A stretch of 64,000 nt of DNA from a virus (IMGVR_UViG_3300020125_000051:1-64000), one strand, 5' to 3'. Positions 10,583 to 18,056 are shown, numbered from the stretch's first letter. Notes: generated from the letters alone by a model not told the origin. Numbers and translations are program-made.

Positions 10583-11152
10583 TTAGGCGACATCTGCCAT
10601 TTCGTCCACGATTGCCGGCCCTATGAAGGTTGGTACGGGTTTGGTGCTAGTTGTCCGCTTTGCGGGAACTTTCGGCTTTGTGCTTTTTGCCGCTACTGTG
10701 GCCTTTGCCGGAGTTGTCCGTTTTGCCGGTGCTGTCTGCTTTGTGGTGATCTTGGCGGTTGTCACCTTTTCGATCAATATGCCCGCTGCGAGCAACATTG
10801 GGGCATCTGTGATAAACACGTAGATTACCGCAGTTGTCCAATGTTGTCCGTTTCGTGACACAAAGTCTACAATGTGCCAACCTGACCCATACATGGCGAA
10901 TGCGCAGATTAGACCAAATCCGCCGTATATGACCGTTTTCATCCACTTAGTCCTAGGCGAAAAGTAACTAATCAGATGAGACGATAGAAAAGCCACAACT
11001 GGTGGCAAAGCCGACACAACGATCGAATCCCGGTAAAGTGCACCAGAACGGACATTTGCATAAAGTGAAAATGTCCCACAAATGGCCAATGTCGCGGTTG
11101 CCCACAACTTCCCCTTTTGTGCCTTCGTGCGTGGAATGGACGGAATGCCCAT
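10583..11152 (-). CDS. DUF2637/SpdA-like membrane protein with Lys/Thr/Ala-rich tail
   Basis: Four hydrophobic segments, SLYANV...SALPPV motif, PAKR repeats. Confidence 0.6.
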   Translation of the reverse strand: MGIPSIPRTKAQKGKLWATATLAICGTFSLYANVRSGALYRDSIVVSALPPVVAFLSSHLISYFSPRTKWMKTVIYGGFGLICAFAMYGSGWHIVDFVSRNGQHWTTAVIYVFITDAPMLLAAGILIEKVTTAKITTKQTAPAKRTTPAKATVAAKSTKPKVPAKRTTSTKPVPTFIGPAIVDEMADVA

Positions 11153-11411
11153 TTTAGGCCCCTTTCGCTAGGGAAAGCACGGAATAGGCACAATGTCCTA
11201 TTCCGCACTTTTTCTAGCGAAAGTGCCAAGTATGTACCGATAGAGATGCATATGCCCCTAATTGTGGGCCTGCCGGCAATTGTCCGTTCTATCCCACTAG
11301 CCGGGCATATGCACCTTTAGCGGTACATACCTCCTATCTGTCACTGTTTAGGTCTCAATGTCCGATTCGCCCGCTTCTACCACTTCTGGAATGTTCCGGG
11401 CGACTATGTCC

Positions 11412-11454
11412 ATTATAGCATACCCGATTCGGACATATAGTGCGAATCGGGTAT
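11412..11454 (-). promoter_or_regulatory. Extended -10 promoter (TGCTATAAT) overlapping an inverted repeat
   Basis: Minus strand TATGCTATAAT; arms ATACCCGATTCG/CGAATCGGGTAT. Confidence 0.55.
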
Positions 11455-11536
11455 TTTAAACTGTCGGGTAGCTGACAGTCGACAATATCCGCATATGTCA
11501 GGTTATGTGAAGGTATGACCGATTTTGTCCGATTTG

Positions 11537-11830
11537 TTAGTCTTGCACTACAAAGTACTCAATTTCGCCGATTTCATCGTGAAAGGTCATATCTTCCCAT
11601 TGGTCCGGATCTTCCGAATAGGCCGGATCGTCCTTTATGACCGAAATGTCGTGCAGAACCTGCACAAAATGGTCATAGCAGGACGAATCCGCATCTACTG
11701 CCATCTTCTCGACATTGTCGTACAATTCGGCTACAGCCGCCACAAAAGTGGACGCACTGCCCAAATGCACGTCAATCGGGCCATCCTCGCAAAGGTAATC
11801 AGAATACCCGAAACTCCACGAATCCGACAT
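11537..11830 (-). CDS. Cassette A: acidic hypothetical protein
   Basis: AAGGAG RBS; inside IR pair. Confidence 0.75.
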   Translation of the reverse strand: MSDSWSFGYSDYLCEDGPIDVHLGSASTFVAAVAELYDNVEKMAVDADSSCYDHFVQVLHDISVIKDDPAYSEDPDQWEDMTFHDEIGEIEYFVVQD

Positions 11831-11914
11831 TTCGTCTCCTTTGTATCATTTCGGTCATACCCTCACAAAACCTGACATATCCGGATTTAGACTGCCTTGT
11901 CTCTTTTGTCTTAT

Positions 11915-12187
11915 TTAGTCGAGTTGCCCGATTTTGCAAAGATCGCGCACTCTGTACGGTCCTGTCCCATCTGGATCGATTTCGTCATGCTTTGGGCAGA
12001 TTCGCCACCATTCGACGGTAATGTCCTTTTCGCTCCAATTTGGTGGATTGAGGTTTCCCTCCACATCCGTCACCTTTGTCACGATTCCGACGCATTGTCC
12101 GTCTTCGCACTTTTCGCACCCATCGTCGTATTCGTGGTCTTCGCACGGTGCGTCCCACTTTACGATGGTATCGACCTTAATGTCCAT
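11915..12187 (-). CDS. Cassette B: Cys-containing small protein, paralog of C
   Basis: Start moved to MDIKVD after AGGAG. Confidence 0.75.
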   Translation of the reverse strand: MDIKVDTIVKWDAPCEDHEYDDGCEKCEDGQCVGIVTKVTDVEGNLNPPNWSEKDITVEWWRICPKHDEIDPDGTGPYRVRDLCKIGQLD

Positions 12188-12284
12188 TTTGTCTCCTAAT
12201 GTCCGATTTGGGAGACAAGGCAGTTTAGACCCGGACATGTCTGTCATATCCGGATTTAGGGTGGCATGTCCCTTTTAGGTTAGT

Positions 12285-12557
12285 TTAGTAACATTGTCCG
12301 ATGTCCCACAAAGAGTCCGAACTGTACGTTCCGACCGTTGTGAGGCTTTCCAGGTGATATGGGCAGATTTGCACCCATCGCACCTTTACGTCAAATTTGG
12401 GCTCATTGTCGATAAAGCCCAGCATTGTCAGACTTAGCACTATTCCGATGCATTGGTCCGTTTCGTCCTCTAAAAAGCAGGTTCTTCCTGTTTCGTGCAT
12501 TCCGCTACTTTTAGGAGGATTGTACGGTTGGACCAGGGTTCCTACGTTTAGTCCCAT
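12285..12557 (-). CDS. Cassette C: small protein, paralog of B
   Basis: Start moved to MGLNVG after AAGGAG. Confidence 0.75.
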   Translation of the reverse strand: MGLNVGTLVQPYNPPKSSGMHETGRTCFLEDETDQCIGIVLSLTMLGFIDNEPKFDVKVRWVQICPYHLESLTTVGTYSSDSLWDIGQCY

Positions 12558-12648
12558 TTTGTCTCCTTTTGCGAGACATGCCACCTTAGATCCGGATATG
12601 TCCGAATGTAACCGTTTTAGCCCCACATGTCTGGTTTTGCCTGATTTG

Positions 12649-12873
12649 TTACATCTTGCGAGTAATGACCGGCTCGTCCTCTATGATCTCTACGTCCGTT
12701 TCAGCCATTACGTCCTCGATGCCCTGATTGTCGCGAATGTCCTCAGTGAGGTCTTCGTCCGAAATTTCCTTTTCGGGAAATCCGTCCCATCCGTCCATGT
12801 AGTCGTTAATTTCCATTTCGTACCGGAACGTGATGGTTCGCTCGATAACAACCTTATCGCCAGGCTTGTACAT
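12649..12873 (-). CDS. Cassette D: acidic protein, paralog of H
   Basis: AAGGAG RBS; inside IR pair. Confidence 0.75.
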   Translation of the reverse strand: MYKPGDKVVIERTITFRYEMEINDYMDGWDGFPEKEISDEDLTEDIRDNQGIEDVMAETDVEIIEDEPVITRKM

Positions 12874-12999
12874 GTTTGTCTCCTTTGTCCAATTTGGCCA
12901 GACATGTGGAGTTAGAACGGTTACATCCGGATATGAGCGCTTACGTCCCTTACTCTCTGGAATATCCAGATTTATGGAGCTATGTCTGGGTTGTCCGTT

Positions 13000-13215
13000 T
13001 TAGTCCTTTGCGACGTATCCGCGCCGAACGCGCAGAATGCTAGTTAATGCCCAGAATGTAGTGGTTTGGTCGTCTTCTGACATTTCGTCCGATTTGACGA
13101 TTTCGTCCCATACGTCCTGATACGTCCACGTTGACAGCATTCGTGACTGAATGTCCTGAAATACTGCCCTTTGTACCTTTGGGGTGGCTCGCCATAGTTC
13201 GGGTAGTTTGTCCAT
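13000..13215 (-). CDS. Cassette E: hypothetical protein
   Basis: Start moved to MDKLPE after AGGAG. Confidence 0.7.
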   Translation of the reverse strand: MDKLPELWRATPKVQRAVFQDIQSRMLSTWTYQDVWDEIVKSDEMSEDDQTTTFWALTSILRVRRGYVAKD

Positions 13216-13464
13216 TTTTACCCACTCCTGTGGTGTTTGCCCAGACATAGCCCCATAGACCCGGATATGCCCCCTAGATCCCTCCCCTCCCCATTTGTCT
13301 GAATTAGGAGAAAAATCCAGAAATGTCCGACTCATTTTGAAATGTCCAATTTTTGAGGAAGCTTACGCTTACGCTCTCCTATATCGGGTTTTATCCCGAT
13401 ATATCCGGATATGGACTAGTTTGTCCGGATTTAAGTGGATATGTCCGTTTTGTCTAACTATGTA

Positions 13465-13629
13465 CTATTTGCGGTACCATGCCCCATTATGGTAGTCACA
13501 GTCCGAAATGTACGAATCTTCCGTTATGGCATGACATACCGGATTTGTCGCTATTGCGACGTCTCGTCCGATTAGGACGGCTATGACCACTAAAAGCACA
13601 AATATCATGCTTAGCAACCATTTGACCAT
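13465..13629 (-). CDS. Cassette F: 54-aa single-pass membrane/secreted protein (not in ORF track)
   Basis: MVKWLLSMIFVLLVVIAVLIGRDVAIATNPVCHAITEDSYISDCDYHNGAWYRK; AAGGAG RBS. Confidence 0.7.
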   Translation of the reverse strand: MVKWLLSMIFVLLVVIAVLIGRDVAIATNPVCHAITEDSYISDCDYHNGAWYRK

Positions 13630-13746
13630 TTTTGCTCCTTATGTCCGATTTGTCGGTTTGTGCACCGCGTGGGTAAAACGGACATATCCACATAAACCCG
13701 GACAAACTATGACTTACTACCCTTTGTCGGACATGTCCGATTTGGA

Positions 13747-14007
13747 CTAGCTAACCCGAATTGCGCCGCTATGGGTGATTTCTACCGTTGCGTACCATTT
13801 GCGGTTTGTGTACGGGTTTGGCCCGGTTACGGAGTATTTGACCCCTTTCTCCATTATGTCCAAAGTGCCAGGAATTGTGGCGTTAAACTCCGATGTGCCG
13901 TAAAAATACACGTTTGTCGGATTTGCCGCAATTGCGTCCTTTAGAGCCTTTTTGGTCGGTATGTCCGATTTGTCGGCATTGTACTTTGCGCCCACATTTA
14001 CGTACAT
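13747..14007 (-). CDS. Cassette G: hypothetical phage protein
   Basis: AAGGAG RBS; PTKKALK...VTGPNPYTNRKWYA. Confidence 0.75.
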   Translation of the reverse strand: MYVNVGAKYNADKSDIPTKKALKDAIAANPTNVYFYGTSEFNATIPGTLDIMEKGVKYSVTGPNPYTNRKWYATVEITHSGAIRVS

Positions 14008-14111
14008 TTGTACTCCTTTGTCCGATTTGTGTAGATTTGTCGGACATGCCCGATAAGGGGTAGTAAGTCTGACATATGCTAGTATAGGAGTGTATGTCCG
14101 GTTTGCCTGAT

Positions 14112-14384
14112 TTAGGCTATTTCAACCGAGATGACCGTATCGTCCGCTATGTCCATTGTGTCGGTATAGCCCGAACTGACCGAAATGTCGTTGTTACGGC
14201 ATTCGTCCAGAATGAGATTTTTGACCGAAATGGACTCTTTGTCCGTTCCGTCCAAAATCTCCGCAATGTCCACTTCGTACGCTATTGTCACGATTCGGGT
14301 GATTGTTACCGTTTGTCCGGCTTTGAGCATTACGTCCAAATTGGCCTTATTGCCCTCTTTGTACTCAATGTCCCAAATGTCCAT
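14112..14384 (-). CDS. Cassette H: acidic protein, paralog of D
   Basis: Start moved to MDIWDI after AAGGAGG. Confidence 0.75.
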   Translation of the reverse strand: MDIWDIEYKEGNKANLDVMLKAGQTVTITRIVTIAYEVDIAEILDGTDKESISVKNLILDECRNNDISVSSGYTDTMDIADDTVISVEIA

Positions 14385-14495
14385 TTTGTCCTCCTTCGTC
14401 CGATTTTGGATAAATGGACCGGACATACACCCTTATACTAGCATATGTCATGGTATATCCGGATTTAGGAGCCTATGTCCGTTTTGCACGATCTG

Positions 14496-14801
14496 TCAGA
14501 TAAGCGTTAATTCAGTGGCTCTGACCGTTTTGCCCTCTATGGGCATTAGGTCACCTTCGTCATCTATGCGGCTTATGCGGCATAGGGTCGTTATGACCGA
14601 TTTGCCGTCATTGTCCGCTTCTTCCTGGTATGTCACAGTTGAGAGGATTACGTACTCTTCCTCCCGGTATGTGACGTATGCCCCGATTTGTGGGATTATG
14701 ACTACCAATGTGCTCATTTGCGAAGGTTGGTAGTTTTCGTCCCATTCGCCGGGAATGTCCAGATTTCCGATGATTTTCTGGTTTTCGTCCTGAATGTACA
14801 C
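14496..14801 (-). CDS. Cassette I: hypothetical protein
   Basis: GTG start after AAGGAGG. Confidence 0.7.
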   Translation of the reverse strand: MYIQDENQKIIGNLDIPGEWDENYQPSQMSTLVVIIPQIGAYVTYREEEYVILSTVTYQEEADNDGKSVITTLCRISRIDDEGDLMPIEGKTVRATELTLI

Positions 14802-14896
14802 TACATCCTCCTTTGTCCGATTTTGGCCGGACATAGGCTCTTAGATCCGGATATACCCAGGAAAATCCAGGTTTAGGGTGGCTTGTCCGTTTTGCC

Positions 14897-15127
14897 CTAG
14901 TTAGCTAGGACTCGGGGGATTCGCCCCATCCATGCCGCAAAACCACGAAATGTCATGACATGAGTGGGTTCGTCCGCTATGTCCAGCATGTCCGTTGTCT
15001 GCTCGTTTGGGAAGAATGTCTGGTCTGCCTCGTTTGTCTCGTTTACCACGAAATGTCCGATTTGTGGCACTCCGCACACATTGTCATAGTATAGCACCTG
15101 ATGTACGGAATAACGTGGCTTGTCCAT
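14897..15127 (-). CDS. Cassette J: hypothetical protein
   Basis: Start moved to MDKPRY after AAGGAG. Confidence 0.7.
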   Translation of the reverse strand: MDKPRYSVHQVLYYDNVCGVPQIGHFVVNETNEADQTFFPNEQTTDMLDIADEPTHVMTFRGFAAWMGRIPRVLAN

Positions 15128-15235
15128 TTTTGTCTCCTTTGTCCGATTTTTCCGAAATGTCGGACAAGCCACCCTAAACCTGGATTTTCCTGATTTAGCT
15201 CTTATGTCTCCTTTGTCCGGCATGTCCGTTTTACC

Positions 15236-15397
15236 CTACTTAGTCGCGTAAATCCTGATTTGACAGGATTCGCACCACATGACCGTTTCGCCGAAAATAG
15301 CCCATTCGAGAGCTTCTTCCGGTTTGTCCGGTTTTGCCGGGACCGTCCGATGTGAGCAGTTTGTGCAGTAATCGTACGATTCGGAATACCTTGGCAT
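15236..15397 (-). CDS. Cassette K: small zinc-ribbon protein
   Basis: CTNC...CESC; start MPRYSE after AAGGAGG. Confidence 0.7.
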   Translation of the reverse strand: MPRYSESYDYCTNCSHRTVPAKPDKPEEALEWAIFGETVMWCESCQIRIYATK

Positions 15398-16582
15398 AGT
15401 ATGCCCTCCTTTGTCTCGTATGTCCGATTTTTCGGACATGCCGGATAAGGGAGACATAAGCGCTTCTGTCCGGTTTTCGTCACTTTTGAGTTATTAAGTA
15501 CCGATTTGCACCGCTTCGCCTGTATCCCACCATTTTCCCGACTTGTCGGGATTGTCTAGGATGTCGGTTTCCGCCCGGTCTGGCTCCCTCTAGCCTATCA
15601 TGTCCAGGTCTGTACCGAAATGTCCGGATTTATGCCCATATAATACCCCAAAAAATTCCGACATTTCCGGACATGTCGGAAATGCCCGAAAAAAATGTCG
15701 GCCTTTTCGTGTTAAATCCCCATAAATCGGACAAATCGGACATATCGGGATATAATACCGGTACAAATCGGGGCAAATCGGGCACCCCTTAAAATATGAC
15801 AAATCCGGACATTTCACCATTTAGTGGTAGACTCGCGGCGAAACGGGCGGACATTTCGGGGCATTCGCGACAAAACGGACAAATTGAATCCTCATATATC
15901 CGGATATAGTAGGGCAAATTCGGAGAGTCTAGACTATTCGGACATTTGCCACATATCGGAATGATCAACAGTCCGAAATGTCCTTTTGTAATTAATGATA
16001 TTTCGTGATATGTCCGATATGTACCAAATGTCTGAATGACAAGAATCCGACCCATGCGCATACGTGCATGTTGATCAAGACAAATTGGGCATATGGTGCA
16101 TAACGGACACCCTGGGAGGGTCCTGACATATACCCACAAAACGGACATACCACACATATACACACATATGTGTACATATGTGGATAAAACGGACACGGGT
16201 GGGGTGATTTATCCACATATGATATGGTATGTACACATATGATACGTTATGTTTCATATGTCCGTTTTGTCCTAGTCTGCCCTAGTTTGTCATGATTTGG
16301 AACCCGGACAAAGCCACCCAAAAGCATACAAAACGGACAAAGTTAACTATATTATTTTAAATCATCATAAAATGGACATTCCGGTAGGTCCAACGTAGAT
16401 CGGTGAAGGTTTTTAGTGTTAGTAAATTTACATGGTAATAATCAAGAAATCAAGATATTAGTCCTGAAAATTTTACGAGGATTATCAGAGGTGTTTGTAA
16501 GTTGACAAGATCAAAAAGTTTCTCTTGTCCTCGCTATGGCTAAGGCGTACTCTGAGTTTGGAGTCTATTTGGAGGTGAACGC

Positions 16583-16930
16583 ATGGCGAGCAAAGACCCA
16601 GCAGACCGACCGCCGGACAATTCTGGCCCTTGGGATCCGGATACGGCTCTGAGAAATTTAAATGCTGAACTTGCACTAGGTATGGTTAGTTCTCCTGAGG
16701 AAATGGCTAGAAAGCTATTTAAGGAGAACTTACCAGTTGCCGTCATGGCAATTTGTCATATGGCAACATATTCAGATACCGAAATGATGCGCTTCCAAGC
16801 TGCTAAGTTTGTAGTTGAGCGGACTATGGGTCCGGCCGAGCGCATAATTGCCACAGATAGTCGGCACGCTTGGGATGACATCTACGATAGTGTTACCCAT
16901 GAAGCTGAGAATTATCTTCGGAAGCAATAA
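16583..16930 (+). CDS. Putative terminase small subunit
   Basis: First rightward gene, GGAGG RBS, helical sequence, upstream of TerL; assignment is positional. Confidence 0.45.
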   Translation: MASKDPADRPPDNSGPWDPDTALRNLNAELALGMVSSPEEMARKLFKENLPVAVMAICHMATYSDTEMMRFQAAKFVVERTMGPAERIIATDSRHAWDDIYDSVTHEAENYLRKQ

Positions 16931-17124
16931 TGCATGAAATAGTAAAAAGCGCGGTAACGCCTAAAAGAATAACTACTGAGGAAATAGAACTAGCCAAGAC
17001 ATACTACGATGAACGCTTGACGACCGAAGATAAGCGTTGGGTTAAAGAGCACTTAGAGTTGGCTGGTAAAGCTGCACCACCCGTTGATATTTCTTGGATT
17101 ACACTTACCTGTGGGGGGTGAAAT

Positions 17125-17628
17125 ATGTCAGCACGACGTGGACTTAGGGGCGATAACGTAATTTACCGCCGTTCTAATGGTGAAAGCATGGCTGTTATTC
17201 TGACTGGTGGTCAGGGTGACCCGCCAGCCGCACCAGCAGGTGTGCAGTCTGGATCTGGTGGAACATTAGCTGCTGCTACATATGTGTACAAGAACACATA
17301 TGTTAAAGATGGTGTTGAGAGCCAGCTTAGCGCAGCTAGTAATAACAACGTGACATCTGGCTCGACTTCATCTGTGGCGGTTACGGTAGCAACCGTTGCT
17401 GGTGCGACATCTTACAAGATTTATGGTCGTACTGGTGGTACCTTCCTGTTACTGAATACTATTACTGCCCCAACTGTTCTGTATACAGACACAGGTGCGG
17501 ACACTCCGTCTGGCGCGGCGCCAACGGCTGATTTTAATGCAAGTTTTAGAACACCGTACGCCGGACATGCGTTAACTACTGGTGTTTTGCCAGGCATTGG
17601 TGGTAACCAGTACCAGAAGACAAACTAG
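17125..17628 (+). CDS. FN3/Ig-like virion accessory protein
   Basis: TYVYKNTYV...GATSYKIYGRT...YTDTG, similar to the insert in the major tail protein. Confidence 0.6.
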   Translation: MSARRGLRGDNVIYRRSNGESMAVILTGGQGDPPAAPAGVQSGSGGTLAAATYVYKNTYVKDGVESQLSAASNNNVTSGSTSSVAVTVATVAGATSYKIYGRTGGTFLLLNTITAPTVLYTDTGADTPSGAAPTADFNASFRTPYAGHALTTGVLPGIGGNQYQKTN

Positions 17629-17636
17629 GAGACAAG

Positions 17637-17777
17637 ATGGCACCTAAGAAGAAGGCAGTACCAGCCAAAAAGGCGATGCCTATGAAGGCTGGTAAAGGTA
17701 AAGGTGATGGCACTGACATGGCCGACAGAATGGCAGCACTGCGCGCGAAGCGTGGTAATGGAAAGGCTGGTAAGTAA
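17637..17777 (+). CDS. Lys/Ala-rich microprotein 1 (46 aa)
   Basis: AGGAG RBS; MAPKKKAVPAKKAMPMKAGKGK... Confidence 0.7.
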   Translation: MAPKKKAVPAKKAMPMKAGKGKGDGTDMADRMAALRAKRGNGKAGK

Positions 17778-17917
17778 TGACTATGCCTAAGAAGAAGGCT
17801 GTGAAAGCAACAGCCAAGAAGGTAGTAAAGAAGTCTGCCGGTGCAGCAGTAAAGCGTACTGCGGCTAAGGCAGTTCCACCAGCAGCGAAAGGTTCTGCTA
17901 ACCCAGGCGGTTATTAA
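17777..17917 (+). CDS. Lys/Ala-rich microprotein 2 (46 aa)
   Basis: TAATG coupling; MTMPKKKAVKATAKKVVKK... Confidence 0.7.
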   Translation: MTMPKKKAVKATAKKVVKKSAGAAVKRTAAKAVPPAAKGSANPGGY

Positions 17918-17918
17918 A

Positions 17919-18056
17919 ATGGGTGCCTATGTAGGCGGCGGTTCTGGTAGTGGTGATACTCATATTTCGCAGGTAATAAGCAAAGGTAAGAAAGCTGTTA
18001 AGAAGATTCCCGCGAAAGTGGTGAAGAAAGCAGTTCCTAAGAAGGGAGGTAAGTAA
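17919..18056 (+). CDS. Lys-rich microprotein 3 (45 aa)
   Basis: ...KGKKAVKKIPAKVVKKAVPKKGGK; TAATG-coupled to the next gene. Confidence 0.65.
   Translation: MGAYVGGGSGSGDTHISQVISKGKKAVKKIPAKVVKKAVPKKGGK

Larger units (their letters stand above)
5928..11223 (-). repeat. Family-2 intergenic hairpins (5928-5987, 9532-9588, 9824-9883, 10124-10181, 10525-10582, 11162-11223)
   Basis: ~25-30 bp stems, most with internal mismatches; four begin TTAGGTGGA and end ACCTAA/ATCTAA; located between genes. Confidence 0.8.
5609..13359 (-). promoter_or_regulatory. Bipartite motif TCCGAYT-N15-AATTTTTGAGGA, 4 copies (5609-5642, 8589-8622, 10403-10436, 13326-13359)
   Basis: Identical 12-mer plus a 7-mer at exactly 15 nt spacing, same orientation, outside well-supported genes. 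Confidence 0.7.
11493..15464 (-). other. Array of 11 gene cassettes, each enclosed by a cassette-specific inverted repeat
   Basis: Arm pairs: 11493-11522/11851-11880; 11876-11903/12212-12239; 12245-12270/12575-12600; 12601-12634/12898-12931; 12962-12990/13240-13268; 13417-13451/13675-13709; 13711-13740/14040-14069; 14070-14102/14418-14450; 14453-14481/14828-14856; 14859-14889/15161-15191; 15197-15228/15433-15464. Confidence 0.93.
8430..16380. repeat. Domain saturated with dispersed TGTCC(G)/(C)GGACA motifs
   Basis: Motif recurs every few tens of bp on both strands, including inside ORFs; visibly much sparser outside this interval. Confidence 0.85.

Noticed and set aside
701-15464. CRISPR array or integron (attC) interpretation of the repeats
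   Set aside because: Repeats are not identical and are separated by whole genes. There is no cas operon or integron integrase in the window, no attC RYYYAAC/GTTRRRY consensus, and the G-U bias points to RNA.
11493-15464. IS/MITE or shufflon interpretation of the IR-flanked cassettes
   Set aside because: No transposase or recombinase seen, no target-site duplications, arms differ per cassette, and all 11 genes share one orientation. Not fully excluded without read data.
12188-15483. N-terminal extensions of cassette ORFs given by the ORF track
   Set aside because: They run through the IR arms; strong RBSs mark downstream starts.
15590-16257. Cys/Pro-rich ORFs (CPICP...) in the ORF track
   Set aside because: Translation artefacts of the TGTCC repeats; no RBS.
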